IMG/VR virus record: IMGVR_UViG_2630968705_000016
DNA length: 26,472 nt
Reading direction: 5' to 3' (one strand)
DNA from: a virus
Lineage: Duplodnaviria; Heunggongvirae; Uroviricota; Caudoviricetes
In this document: positions 8,728-17,814 of the stretch, piece by piece
Numbering within the stretch: the first letter of the stretch is position 1
Layout of the letters: each line of letters starts with the position of its first letter
Notes under the pieces: model-generated
Told to the model about the DNA's origin: nothing
The model's input: the letters and a program-made list of their open reading frames with translations, nothing else
Database searches by the model: none
Program-made: the position numbers and the translations under genes

Positions 8728-9154
8728 AACAACTGGACAAGTATACAGAGGTTTACTAAAGTATAGGGGAGTAGATTGATAAAAACTCACAGAGGATTGC
8801 TATTTAACAGTTAGCCCTGGAGAAGGGCAATCGCTCTTTTATAAACGAAGGTGTATTGAGCCTTCTACGCTGCTGAAAAGCGGAATGTTCTTTAACAGGC
8901 TTTGGCGCTGACAAAGCGCAATTGTTCTTTAAAACTACTGGATGTCACGCCTAATAGCGTGATCCTGCCGAAATGCAGGGTAGCTCTACCCTTGTGGAGC
9001 AAACAAACCAAAACAATCTGACTATCTTTTATAAAAGACCGCAATATGTTTTTCATATTGTGGTCTTTGGCGTATTCGACATTTGACGCAAATAAAACTC
9101 TCGCCATTCGTTGCAGGAGGGGGTTATTGCGTCATTAGTACAGGATATTAATAA

Positions 9155-9358
9155 ATGGCTAATTACAATTCATTAATTCGTCTCTCTGAAGTTCAAAGGC
9201 GAACTGGTTATAGCAAAGCATGGATTTATCGTCTTATTAGTCAGGGGAGGTTCCCTAAACAGGTAAAAATTGGAAGTCGGGCAATTGCTTTTGTTGAGTC
9301 TGAAATAGATGAATGGATTGAGAAGTGTATATTAGAATCTAGAGACGAGGTGGCCTGA
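9155..9358 (+). CDS. alpA: AlpA-family transcriptional regulator / excisionase-like protein
   Basis: 67 aa; IRLSEVQRRTGYSKAWIYRLISQGRFPKQVKIG...ESEIDEWI matches the AlpA/Vis HTH pattern. Confidence 0.85.
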   Translation: MANYNSLIRLSEVQRRTGYSKAWIYRLISQGRFPKQVKIGSRAIAFVESEIDEWIEKCILESRDEVA

Positions 9359-9789
9359 TGGAAAAGAAAAACCGCCCATTACAGGCGGCTAATTCAGATA
9401 TTCGCGTATCTGATGTTACGCCCCTGACAAAATCCCTTCAAGCACCAAAGCGCACACCGAAAAAGCATCGTGCCAGAGTCTATATGCTGCGTACTGGTAT
9501 AGAGGGATGGACAGAAAATGACATTCTTCGCTACTGCCGTCTGTCTTCTGGTCGTAACTATGCAACAGAGTTAGAACGCCAGCTTGGAATCACTCTGGAG
9601 CGTATCGACGAAAAGAATCCTGATGGTATCGGAACACACCTTCGCTACCGTTTCTCCTGCCGTGGTGATGTTCTGAAAGTGATCACTCATGTTAACCATC
9701 TTGCGAACATAAATGATCACAACGGACTTTCTCAGCAGGAAATTGCCGACATTCTGAAACTCTACCCGAACGCGTTTAACGCCGCCTAA
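9358..9789 (+). CDS. Hypothetical phage-island protein
   Basis: 143-aa ORF whose ATG overlaps the alpA stop by 1 nt; no domain recognised. Confidence 0.65.
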   Translation: MEKKNRPLQAANSDIRVSDVTPLTKSLQAPKRTPKKHRARVYMLRTGIEGWTENDILRYCRLSSGRNYATELERQLGITLERIDEKNPDGIGTHLRYRFSCRGDVLKVITHVNHLANINDHNGLSQQEIADILKLYPNAFNAA

Positions 9790-9801
9790 CGGAGACTGAA
9801 A

Positions 9802-10635
9802 ATGAACATCGAAAAAAGCAGATTAATTTCTGAGGCCGCCCCTCATCTGAACGCCTCTCTGGGCACAATTAACGGTAATGAATTTGCCGCAATTGTCCCG
9901 GTTATTCCTGGTCATATCGGTGGGCGTGAAACCAATATTGTTAGCGCAAAAGCGTTACACAAAGCGTTGGGCGTGGGAAAAGACTTCTCTACATGGATCA
10001 CTGATCGCATCTCTGAATATGACTTCACCATTGGGCACGATTACTCAGTCCATAAAACAATTTCCCCAAATTTGGGGAAAAGCCCGAATGACGCGGCTTA
10101 CAGCAAGATTAAGCAGTCTGGCAGACCCGGCAAAGACTATCTGTTAAGTGTCGGAATGGCGAAAGAACTGGCAATGATCGAACGCAATGATCAGGGGCGC
10201 GCTATCCGCCGTTATTTCATCCAGTGCGAGGAAGAATTACAGCGTAGCGTGCCTGAAATCGCCGCCCGCTATCGTCGCCAGCTAAAAGCCCGTATCAGTG
10301 CCGCAAACAACTTTAAGCCAATGTGCGATGCGCTGAATATGGCCCGTGCCGAGATGGGTAAAACGACGCAGCAACACCACTACACAAACGAGAGCAATAT
10401 GATTTCTCGTATCGTTCTTGGTGGGCTAACTGCTAAACAGTGGGCGCGGATAAATGGCTATTCTGGCGAACCTCGCGACCATATGAACGCAGAACAGCTT
10501 GAGCACCTCTCATATCTCGAAAGCACCAATATCACGTTAATTGATATGGGCATGGAATATGAGCAGCGCAAAGGAGAACTCACCCGCCTGTCGCAACGCT
10601 GGCTCGCCAAGCGTCTGGAGGCGGTCCATGTTTAA
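9802..10635 (+). CDS. Phage antirepressor-like protein (KilAC-type C-terminal domain)
   Basis: 277 aa, GGAGA RBS. The segment DYLLSVGMAKELAMIERNDQGRAIRRYFIQCEE resembles the KilAC antirepressor domain. Confidence 0.8.
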   Translation: MNIEKSRLISEAAPHLNASLGTINGNEFAAIVPVIPGHIGGRETNIVSAKALHKALGVGKDFSTWITDRISEYDFTIGHDYSVHKTISPNLGKSPNDAAYSKIKQSGRPGKDYLLSVGMAKELAMIERNDQGRAIRRYFIQCEEELQRSVPEIAARYRRQLKARISAANNFKPMCDALNMARAEMGKTTQQHHYTNESNMISRIVLGGLTAKQWARINGYSGEPRDHMNAEQLEHLSYLESTNITLIDMGMEYEQRKGELTRLSQRWLAKRLEAVHV

Positions 10636-10807
10636 GCCGACAGGAACACCACAACCTCAAAAACGCTACAAAGATGCCCACGGAGCACTCGTTACTGTCG
10701 AAAGCGTGTCTCACAACCGAGTGACGTTTTATCGCGACGGGTATCAATCGCCATGCGTACAACCGCTGGCGCGTTTCATGAAGGAGTTCGCGGAGGTTAA
10801 CCAATGA
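10628..10807 (+). CDS. Small hypothetical protein (59 aa), possibly DUF4222-like
   Basis: ATG at 10628 overlaps the upstream stop (ATGTTTAA). Sequence MFKPTGTPQPQKRYKDAHGALVTVESVSHNRVTFYRDGYQSPCVQPLARFMKEFAEV. Confidence 0.45.
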   Translation: MFKPTGTPQPQKRYKDAHGALVTVESVSHNRVTFYRDGYQSPCVQPLARFMKEFAEVNQ

Positions 10808-11241
10808 TACCCATCCAGAAGAAGACATTTTCACTGGCTGGTATGTCGCCAAAATCCAGAAATATGACGGCAAAGTCAGGCATTAATACAGCAGATACAA
10901 GCAAAGTTTATCATTTGCTGGTGGCCGGAACGGATGCCTTAACCATACCAGAAATCTCGGGCGATGATATTAGCCTTGAGAAGGTCAGCGGCTGCGCCAG
11001 AAAATTTCTGGTCGTAGATGATGTCTTCCGCTCGTGTAGTGACTCCACAAAAACATTCGTCCACGCGCGTGACGTTAACGAAATGAGCGCGATGTACTGT
11101 GCTTCTGGTTCTTCCAATAGTGAGTTTTCGGAGTCCATAAAAAAGAGCTTGCCGTTATGCGGCAACACGGTTTATGGTTATAAGGCACCTCATAAAACGG
11201 GTGCCGGGTTTCGCAGCCCGGAAATGTACGAGGCGACACAT

Positions 11242-11263
11242 GACGCGCCGAGCGTCTTTTTTT
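11242..11263 (+). terminator. Rho-independent terminator-like hairpin plus T7 run
   Basis: GACGC-GCCGA-GCGTC hairpin (11242-11256) followed by TTTTTTT (11257-11263). Lies inside the annotated 355-aa ORF 10804-11871. Confidence 0.5.
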
Positions 11264-11465
11264 GTGCCGTTAGCCAGACTCACACTTTTTTCAGTGATGT
11301 GGTTATAATCCGCGTCGCTTGCAAAATTATGGTGGGCTGGACAGGGCAGCCGAAAGGCTGGCCGGTTTCCTTGTACGCCGGTACTGCGAACTCTGTTCAG
11401 TCCACCACCAGCGAGTTTCGCAGCTCCGGTGGTGGGAAGAATTCCCAGTACAAGGAGGCTGCCAC

Positions 11466-11660
11466 ATGCTGGCTACTACCCCTACCCAAAAACCGCAATT
11501 TATCTGGATTATCGCCGCAGTTCGCCGCGATTGCCCGACAATTACCGCCAAAATTCATCATATTGCTGCCGAGTCTGAACGCGATGCTCGCCGTTCTCTG
11601 GTGCGCGATCACGTCTGCTTTTTTGCTGGTCGTATCCGCATGGAGGTGGCACATGATTAA
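11466..11660 (+). CDS. Small hypothetical protein (64 aa)
   Basis: ATG preceded by AAGGAGG RBS; codon usage (ctg, gcc, cgc) is much more gene-like than the overlapping frame of the long ORF. MLATTPTQKPQFIWIIAAVRRDCPTITAKIHH... Confidence 0.55.
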   Translation: MLATTPTQKPQFIWIIAAVRRDCPTITAKIHHIAAESERDARRSLVRDHVCFFAGRIRMEVAHD

Positions 11661-11871
11661 AACCTACGATGTGCATATGGATCCCCTCGAACGCACAAGC
11701 CAGATCATCACACTGACAGAAGTGATTAACGACATTCTGGTGAGCAACTCTCCCTCACGAGACGAAAGACTGAAGGCGTTACTCGCGATATTGGATCTCG
11801 CCGTTCGTGACGTTCATTTCCTGCTGGAAGGTGGCGAAATGCCAGGAAAAACGGGGGCAACCAATGAATAA
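11655..11871 (+). CDS. Small hypothetical protein (72 aa)
   Basis: Internal ATG of the long ORF with GGAGGTGG RBS; overlaps the upstream stop (ATGATTAA). MIKTYDVHMDPLERTSQIITLTEVINDIL... Confidence 0.5.
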
Positions 11872-12058
11872 CTCAATTAATGCCCCTCGACTTACGTCCG
11901 CACTTCAATTAATCGAGCAAGCAGCGGCTGTCCTGGTTGCTGTCAGTCTTTCGGCTGAAGAAATGGACGCTGCTGATGTCGTGGATGCGATTAAAGCGTG
12001 CTCATCTTTGGTTAACGATGCTCGTGCAGAGCTGGTAATTCTTGGTGGTGAAAAATGA
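11864..12058 (+). CDS. Small hypothetical protein (64 aa)
   Basis: ATG at 11864 overlapping the upstream stop; MNNSINAPRLTSALQLIEQAAAVLVAV... The track ORF begins further upstream at 11807. Confidence 0.5.
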   Translation: MNNSINAPRLTSALQLIEQAAAVLVAVSLSAEEMDAADVVDAIKACSSLVNDARAELVILGGEK

Positions 12059-12318
12059 ATATCAACTTAATTTATCGTCATCCGTGTGAGCTGGAAATTG
12101 AATCATTGCTGAGCCGTGAAGAGCCATATCCAGACACATTCACTCTTGCAGATCGCACGACTGAACGGCTTACCAGGGCGCGCACAGGTCTGGTTCATGT
12201 GATGAATGAGATTCTTCCATCGGTGGGAGGGGAACAGGCGACAGTAATCACTAGCTGGCTACAAAAAGTTACCTCTCTGATAGATATCAGTTTAATCGAT
12301 GCGGAGAGTGCGAAATGA
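12055..12318 (+). CDS. Small hypothetical protein (87 aa)
   Basis: Start overlaps upstream stop (ATGA); part of a coupled run of small genes. Confidence 0.55.
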   Translation: MNINLIYRHPCELEIESLLSREEPYPDTFTLADRTTERLTRARTGLVHVMNEILPSVGGEQATVITSWLQKVTSLIDISLIDAESAK

Positions 12319-12536
12319 CCAACATCCAGCTCATTGAAGCACAATGTCGCATCGAACAGGTTCAGACTGTTTTAGGGTTCTGGCTTGAAGGGGCCAGCCC
12401 CAGCAACAGAGACAAGTTAATGATTGGCGCGGTTATGTCACTGCTCAATGGCGTACCAGAAGCTATTCAGGAAGCAGACGAATTGTTGGGCAAATATGAG
12501 TTACAGAATCATTCAGGCGAGGCGAAACATGAATAA
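12315..12536 (+). CDS. Small hypothetical protein (73 aa)
   Basis: ATGA overlap with the upstream gene; same operon. Confidence 0.55.
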   Translation: MTNIQLIEAQCRIEQVQTVLGFWLEGASPSNRDKLMIGAVMSLLNGVPEAIQEADELLGKYELQNHSGEAKHE

Positions 12537-13131
12537 TTTCTTAACTTTCCATGCAGAAGCAACGCCTGACGGCGTAAACATCATGTACCGCAGCAACGAT
12601 GGCATGACAGAACGCGTTGAGGCCGTCTCATATATTGATGCCGTAAATCGTCTGGATGCCGGGGATTATGACGATAAACCAGATGAAGGTATGTCAATAC
12701 ATCTCGCTATAGCCGATGGCGGCAACCAGGGATATTTCGATTACACATCACAGCATAACGTCATTATGTGGAGATGGCTGATCGCAACAGTATTCATGCT
12801 GGAAATGAGAGAGGAAAACGGCACTGTCAGCATCATTGATGATACTGGCAACCCTTCCGAAGTGGCTGTTTATTCCAACGGCATCGTCGCCATGCCGCTG
12901 TATCCAGTAGCAGAGCGCCTCGCTATGGCAAACAACATTGAGGGCGCGATGATAGAACGTTTTGGCATCGAGTCTGGCACAGAACGCGCCATCATTTTCT
13001 ACAGAGCCATGATGGATGTGGAACAAGGAGCACTGACTCCATTTGGTCGTGAAACGCTTGCTGAACTTCACAACAGCTTTATAGCTGAACTGAATGAAAA
13101 CGGCATGCCAGCGGAACCAGTGACGCACTGA
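12526..13131 (+). CDS. Hypothetical protein (201 aa)
   Basis: ATG at 12526 overlapping the upstream stop (ATGAATAA). The track ORF begins upstream at 12424, but that would overlap the previous gene out of frame. Confidence 0.6.
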   Translation, partial: NMNNFLTFHAEATPDGVNIMYRSNDGMTERVEAVSYIDAVNRLDAGDYDDKPDEGMSIHLAIADGGNQGYFDYTSQHNVIMWRWLIATVFMLEMREENGTVSIIDDTGNPSEVAVYSNGIVAMPLYPVAERLAMANNIEGAMIERFGIESGTERAIIFYRAMMDVEQGALTPFGRETLAELHNSFIAELNENGMPAEPVTH

Positions 13132-13141
13132 GGATGGAACC

Positions 13142-13483
13142 ATGATTACTAAAAATTTCCGACTGAATGCGCTGGCAAATAAGTATGCGTCGGCACTGTA
13201 TAACCACATTACCTCCACCAGCGGCGGGGACTATTTCATGGTTGATGCGGACGGCGAGGCCGTCCGTGTGGAAATCGTCAATGGAGTAAAAGGCGTTCGC
13301 AGCCTGATCGATAGCTACACACTGGCAGCCATGAAAGTGTTCTACCCGCAGTGGGAAACCGTGGGGATCGAGCTTCTTGATCGTTGCGTCACTAAGGACG
13401 GATTGACTGACGTCGGGCGTGAGATATGGCAAAGCATGGTTAATGACATGGGCGCAACTGTAGCGGGAGGTTCTCATGCGTGA
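13142..13483 (+). CDS. Hypothetical protein (113 aa)
   Basis: ORF with GAGGATGG context upstream; the stop overlaps the next start. Confidence 0.6.
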   Translation: MITKNFRLNALANKYASALYNHITSTSGGDYFMVDADGEAVRVEIVNGVKGVRSLIDSYTLAAMKVFYPQWETVGIELLDRCVTKDGLTDVGREIWQSMVNDMGATVAGGSHA

Positions 13484-13847
13484 AAATGCAGAAATGGCGC
13501 TTAGCTCCGCAATCGGAGAGCAGGTGGCAAAGATTGCTGGTGCTGTGTGGATTCATAACCTTCATTCTACTGGTGAAGAGAAAATGGCAATTCAGACGCC
13601 AGAGGGACGCATCATTACTACATCTCTGAAGCCGTCAGATGTTTGTGATCTGATTTGCGCATTCATGTACCCAGCAATGAGGACTGCCCACGGCGATAAG
13701 TGGAAACTTGCGACAACCGCTGAATTTGATATGTGGCTAAACAATGATGGCATGCTGACTGATTACGGAATAACCAAGTGGCAGATGCTGGTTAGCCATA
13801 TCGCAAACGCTATAGACCACGTGGGGTACGGTGATGCGAAACATTGA
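13476..13847 (+). CDS. Hypothetical protein (123 aa)
   Basis: ORF with GGGAGG RBS upstream; 3' end overlaps the primase start. Confidence 0.6.
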   Translation: MRENAEMALSSAIGEQVAKIAGAVWIHNLHSTGEEKMAIQTPEGRIITTSLKPSDVCDLICAFMYPAMRTAHGDKWKLATTAEFDMWLNNDGMLTDYGITKWQMLVSHIANAIDHVGYGDAKH

Positions 13848-16590
13848 TCTTATCCGTCAGGTTATCAGTGCGTCTGAAAACAACTGGCCTCATGTGCTGG
13901 GCTGCCTGAACATAAATGTCCCTGACTCTCCGCGCCGTCATGCTCCCTGCCCTGCATGTGGGGGCAAAGATCGATTCCGGTTCGATGACAACGGGCGCGG
14001 TAGCTTCATCTGTAATCAGTGCGGCGCTGGTGATGGGCTGGATTTAATTAAACGCGTAAATAACTGCGACACAACAGAGGCGGCGCTTCTTGCCGCTGAT
14101 GTTCTGGGTATTGATTACCGGACAACGGAAACACCAGAAGCCACCAGCCAGAAACGGGAACAACTGGAAACCGAGCGCCAGCGACGCGAACAGGAGCGCC
14201 TGAAAAGGGCAGAGAAGGACGAACAACAAAGACGGGATACGTTTTCCCGTCAGTTTGATGACATGCGCAGAAAGGCTGTAAACGGCAAATCTGATTATCT
14301 GGTTGCGAAAGTGGTAGGTGATTTTACATTCCCCGTGTTGCCCGATGGATCTCTGTTGCTGGCGCTGGTGGATAAATCCGGCGCAGTCACAGCAGCACAG
14401 ACTATTACCTCACATGGTGAAAAAAGACTCCTGACAGGTTCAGCAAAGCGGGGGGCATATCACGCCATAAACGCACCAGAAACAACACAGAGCATCTTAA
14501 TCGCAGAAGGGCTGGCAACGGCATTATCTGCCCATTTAATTCGTCCAGAGGCGCTGACAGTGGCGGCGATTGATGCCGGGAACCTGTTATATGTCGCCCA
14601 GGTACTGCGGGATAAATATCCTTCAGCACAAATCATCATTGCTGCGGATAACGACCACAGCGAAGGAAGACAAAACACGGGGAGAATAGCAGCAGAAAAA
14701 GCAGCTTTATCTGTTTCTGGATGGGTGGCATTACCCCCGACAGATCACAAAGCAGACTGGAATGATTACCACCAAAAACACGGCATTAAATGCGCCACAG
14801 AAGCGTTCAATAAGTCAATGTACCAACCACAGGGTAATGGCGTGAAACAGGAGCCACAGACCATTGAGGGAAGCGATTTTAAGGTTATGGATACCGACCC
14901 ACTGAAACCAAGAATAGAAAGCCGCGAGGATGGTATTTATTGGGTATCTCCGAGAGCTGACAGCCAGAGTGGAGAAATCATCAATAACGAAAGCTGGTTA
15001 TGTTCTCCGTTAAGCGTTATCGGTACTGGCAGAGACGATAAAGACCAGTATCTCATTCTTCGCTGGCTGTCGTTTGGTTCTGAAACGCCGACAACCGCTG
15101 CCATTCCACTGGCTGATATTGGTGAACGTGAAGGATGGCGCACACTTAAAGCTGGTGGGGTAAATGTCACGACCAAAAGCAGCCTCAGAGCAATACTGGC
15201 AGACTGGCTACAACGCAGTGGCTCTCGTGAATTGTGGCGTGTTGCTCATGCCACTGGCTGGCAATGCGGAGCGTACATCATGCCTGATGGGGAAATCATC
15301 GGAACACCTGAAAATCCTGTGCTGTTCAGCGGGAGAAGCTCAGCCGCAGCCGGATATACCGTCTCAGGGAGCGCGAAAAGCTGGCGTGATAACGTGGCGC
15401 GTCTGGCCTTTGGTAACTATTCAATGATGACCGGGATCGGCGCAGCACTGGCAGCGCCATTGATTGGGCTGGTGGGCGCTGACGGGTTCGGCATTCATTT
15501 CTATGAGCAGTCGAGCGCAGGTAAGACCACCACGGCAAACGTGGCGAGCAGCTTATACGGCAACCCTGATTTACTGCGGCTGACGTGGTACGGAACCGCG
15601 CTGGGGCTGGCAAATGAGGCCGCCGCCCACAATGACGGACTAATGCCGCTTGATGAAGTTGGTCAGGGCGCTGATCCTGTCAGCGTTTCACAGTCTGCCT
15701 ATGCGTTATTTAACGGTGTAGGGAAACTGCAAGGCGCTAAAGATGGTGGAAACCGGGATCTAAAACGTTGGCGTACAGTGGCAATCAGCACCGGAGAAAT
15801 GGATTTAGAAACATTTATCGCTACTTCCGGGCGAAAAACCAAAGCCGGGCAACTGGTGCGACTGCTGAATATTCCGTTGAGTAAAGCAGTACGCTTTCAC
15901 GATTACCAGAACGGAAAACAGCACGCAGACGCACTGAAAGACGCTTACCAGCATCACCACGGCGCGTCCGGGCGTGAGTGGATTAAATGGCTGGCAGACC
16001 ACCAGCAACAGGCTATTAAAACCGTTCGTGATTGCGAAAGCAGATGGAGAAGCCTGATCCCATCCGATTATGGTGAGCAGGTTCACCGTGTAGCCGCGCG
16101 ATTTGCCATTCTGGAGGCCGCATTGTTGTTAGGCGAGGTTGTAACAGGCTGGGATGCTCAGACATGCCGTGATGCGATACAGCACAGCTATAACGCATGG
16201 TTGCGTGAGTTCGGCACAGGTAACAAAGAGCATCAGCAGATTATTGAACAAACGGAGGCATTTCTTAATGCCTATGGGCTTAGCCGTTTTGCACCATTTT
16301 CATACAGCCCGGCAGATTTGCCCATCAAAGATTTAGCCGGATACCGTCAGCGTGGAGAACATGACGAAAGCCCAATGATTTTCTACACATTCCCGGCCAC
16401 ATTTGAAAAGGAGATCGCATGTGGTTTCAACGCAAAACAGTTTGCTGAAGTGTTGAAAAAAGCCGGGATGCTAACCCCACCAAACAGCGGTCGTGGATAC
16501 CAAAGAAAATCACCACGTATTCAGGGACGACAAATAAACGTTTATGTACTCAATTACCAGCCAGGAGATTATAACTCATCTGAAGAATGA
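13831..16590 (+). CDS. Primase-helicase (P4 alpha-like: zinc ribbon + Toprim primase + P-loop helicase)
   Basis: 919 aa. CPACGG...FICNQCG zinc-binding motif; Toprim-like AEGLATA and IIIAADNDHSEG (DxD); Walker A SSAGKTTT and Walker B-like LMPLDEV. Start could be the GTG at 13831 or the ATG at 13834. Confidence 0.9.
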   Translation: MMRNIDLIRQVISASENNWPHVLGCLNINVPDSPRRHAPCPACGGKDRFRFDDNGRGSFICNQCGAGDGLDLIKRVNNCDTTEAALLAADVLGIDYRTTETPEATSQKREQLETERQRREQERLKRAEKDEQQRRDTFSRQFDDMRRKAVNGKSDYLVAKVVGDFTFPVLPDGSLLLALVDKSGAVTAAQTITSHGEKRLLTGSAKRGAYHAINAPETTQSILIAEGLATALSAHLIRPEALTVAAIDAGNLLYVAQVLRDKYPSAQIIIAADNDHSEGRQNTGRIAAEKAALSVSGWVALPPTDHKADWNDYHQKHGIKCATEAFNKSMYQPQGNGVKQEPQTIEGSDFKVMDTDPLKPRIESREDGIYWVSPRADSQSGEIINNESWLCSPLSVIGTGRDDKDQYLILRWLSFGSETPTTAAIPLADIGEREGWRTLKAGGVNVTTKSSLRAILADWLQRSGSRELWRVAHATGWQCGAYIMPDGEIIGTPENPVLFSGRSSAAAGYTVSGSAKSWRDNVARLAFGNYSMMTGIGAALAAPLIGLVGADGFGIHFYEQSSAGKTTTANVASSLYGNPDLLRLTWYGTALGLANEAAAHNDGLMPLDEVGQGADPVSVSQSAYALFNGVGKLQGAKDGGNRDLKRWRTVAISTGEMDLETFIATSGRKTKAGQLVRLLNIPLSKAVRFHDYQNGKQHADALKDAYQHHHGASGREWIKWLADHQQQAIKTVRDCESRWRSLIPSDYGEQVHRVAARFAILEAALLLGEVVTGWDAQTCRDAIQHSYNAWLREFGTGNKEHQQIIEQTEAFLNAYGLSRFAPFSYSPADLPIKDLAGYRQRGEHDESPMIFYTFPATFEKEIACGFNAKQFAEVLKKAGMLTPPNSGRGYQRKSPRIQGRQINVYVLNYQPGDYNSSEE

Positions 16591-16615
16591 GCTTCTTCAT
16601 GTGCGTAGAAAAGGT

Positions 16616-16726
16616 GTTGGTTCAGTTGGTTCAGTTGGTTCAATTTGTAAAGAGTATTGTTTTATAATGATTTTATTCTTTTTATTGAACCAACACTGAA
16701 CCAACAACACGGTATTTTGAACCAAC
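16616..16726. repeat. Iteron cluster 1 (putative replication origin)
   Basis: Three perfect tandem GTTGGTTCA 9-mers (16616-16642), an AT-rich spacer, then three TGAACCAAC inverted copies (16686-16694, 16697-16705, 16718-16726). Begins 26 bp after the primase stop. Confidence 0.75.
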
Positions 16727-17046
16727 ACAATGTGACTGAATTGATGCGCACAACACCTGGCTGGCATCAGAGAGTGTTTTACGAGACTTTCGTAAAATCC
16801 TGTGTACAAGGGCGTGACGTTTTTGAAAGTGAGCACTACGAAATTTTCGTAGTTCAAAAAACAGCCTCTGAGAAGTTGTTATGCCTGTTCAGCAAACCAT
16901 CCGCATAGCTGATCGCGAATCAAATTACCAATGGAGCCAGAAGCAAGGGCAGAACTGAAAAGCGCCTGCCGTGAAGAGTAATGCGACACCATAAATATAG
17001 TTTTTAGAGTCCATAAAAAACCTGTCAAAACCTGACACACAGAACG

Positions 17047-17080
17047 ATGCCACCAGCTACTGAGCGGTGGCATTTTTTTG
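17047..17080 (+). terminator. Rho-independent terminator
   Basis: Perfect 8-bp stem ATGCCACC/GGTGGCAT with an 11-nt loop, followed by TTTTTTT (17074-17080). Confidence 0.7.
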
Positions 17081-17174
17081 TGCTATTTGTTTCATATTTT
17101 GCAATTACGATGATGAATATTGCGATTTGTGAAACTATAATAACTGTTGTTTTATACAGTTCTAAGGGGGCGTT

Positions 17175-17336
17175 ATGGCTATTTCAGTAAAGCCGGTATT
17201 GATAAGTGAGAAGCAAATGGAAGCGATAAAGAAAATTCAGGAAGAGCAGCGTAAAAAATCAGGAATTGGAGTAGCGCCAACTCTGCATGAAATTGCACGA
17301 GGGTTAATAGATAAGGCGCTGGCAGGCTGTATGTGA
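17175..17336 (+). CDS. Small hypothetical protein (53 aa), possible DNA-binding regulator
   Basis: Strong RBS AAGGGGG 5 nt upstream of ATG; MAISVKPVLISEKQMEAIKKIQEEQRKK... Not on the ORF track because it is under 60 aa. Confidence 0.5.
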   Translation: MAISVKPVLISEKQMEAIKKIQEEQRKKSGIGVAPTLHEIARGLIDKALAGCM

Positions 17337-17352
17337 AAATGGATGGCATCGC

Positions 17353-17814
17353 ATGGAACTAAAATTTATTGATAACCCTGTGCGATTACAGGCCTTTCTT
17401 AACGAGCCAGGCAATACCGAAAATATTGTTGAGCCGGGGCACACGTACTACATCAAGCCTGATGCGGTATATCTCGGCATCTACGAAGGATTAGTGCTGG
17501 CTGGCGTTCATGAAGTGCGTAACTTCTGGCATAGCGTTGTTGAATGCCATGCGGTGTACGACCCCGGATTCCGTGGTGAATATGCACTGCAAGGGCATCG
17601 ATTATTCTGCAAATGGCTTCTCGAAAACTCACCATTCCTTAACAGCATTACCATGGTTCCTGACACCACCAAATACGGACGGGCAATTATCCGTTTGCTT
17701 GGCGCTACCCGTGTTGGTCACCTTGATGATGCTTATATCAGATGTGGTAAACCCGTCGGCGTAACGCTTTATCAGTTAACTCGGCAACAATATAAGGAAT
17801 TCAGCGAATGTTAA
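17353..17814 (+). CDS. Hypothetical protein (153 aa), first gene of the ejection-like cassette
   Basis: ORF coupled to the downstream gene (ATGTTAA overlap); no domain recognised. Confidence 0.7.
   Translation: MELKFIDNPVRLQAFLNEPGNTENIVEPGHTYYIKPDAVYLGIYEGLVLAGVHEVRNFWHSVVECHAVYDPGFRGEYALQGHRLFCKWLLENSPFLNSITMVPDTTKYGRAIIRLLGATRVGHLDDAYIRCGKPVGVTLYQLTRQQYKEFSEC

Noticed and set aside
10804-11871. 355-aa ORF on the plus strand treated as one protein
   Set aside because: It contains a hairpin-plus-T7 terminator, a promoter-like hexamer, rare-codon runs, and two internal strong-RBS starts (11466 in another frame, 11655 in frame). The N-terminal part from 10804 (GGAGG RBS) might be a real gene or pseudogene, but I cannot define its end, so only the two small downstream genes are annotated.
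14044-16336. Multiple 60-95-aa ORFs on both strands within the primase-helicase gene
   Set aside because: All lie within a 919-aa CDS with clear catalytic motifs; they are typical antisense or off-frame artefacts.
16657-16908. 83-aa ORF spanning iteron cluster 1, and the tandem 9-mers as a possible CRISPR array
   Set aside because: The ORF reads through repeats and the AT-rich spacer of a probable origin. The repeats are 9 bp with no spacer-sized unique units, so this is not a CRISPR array.
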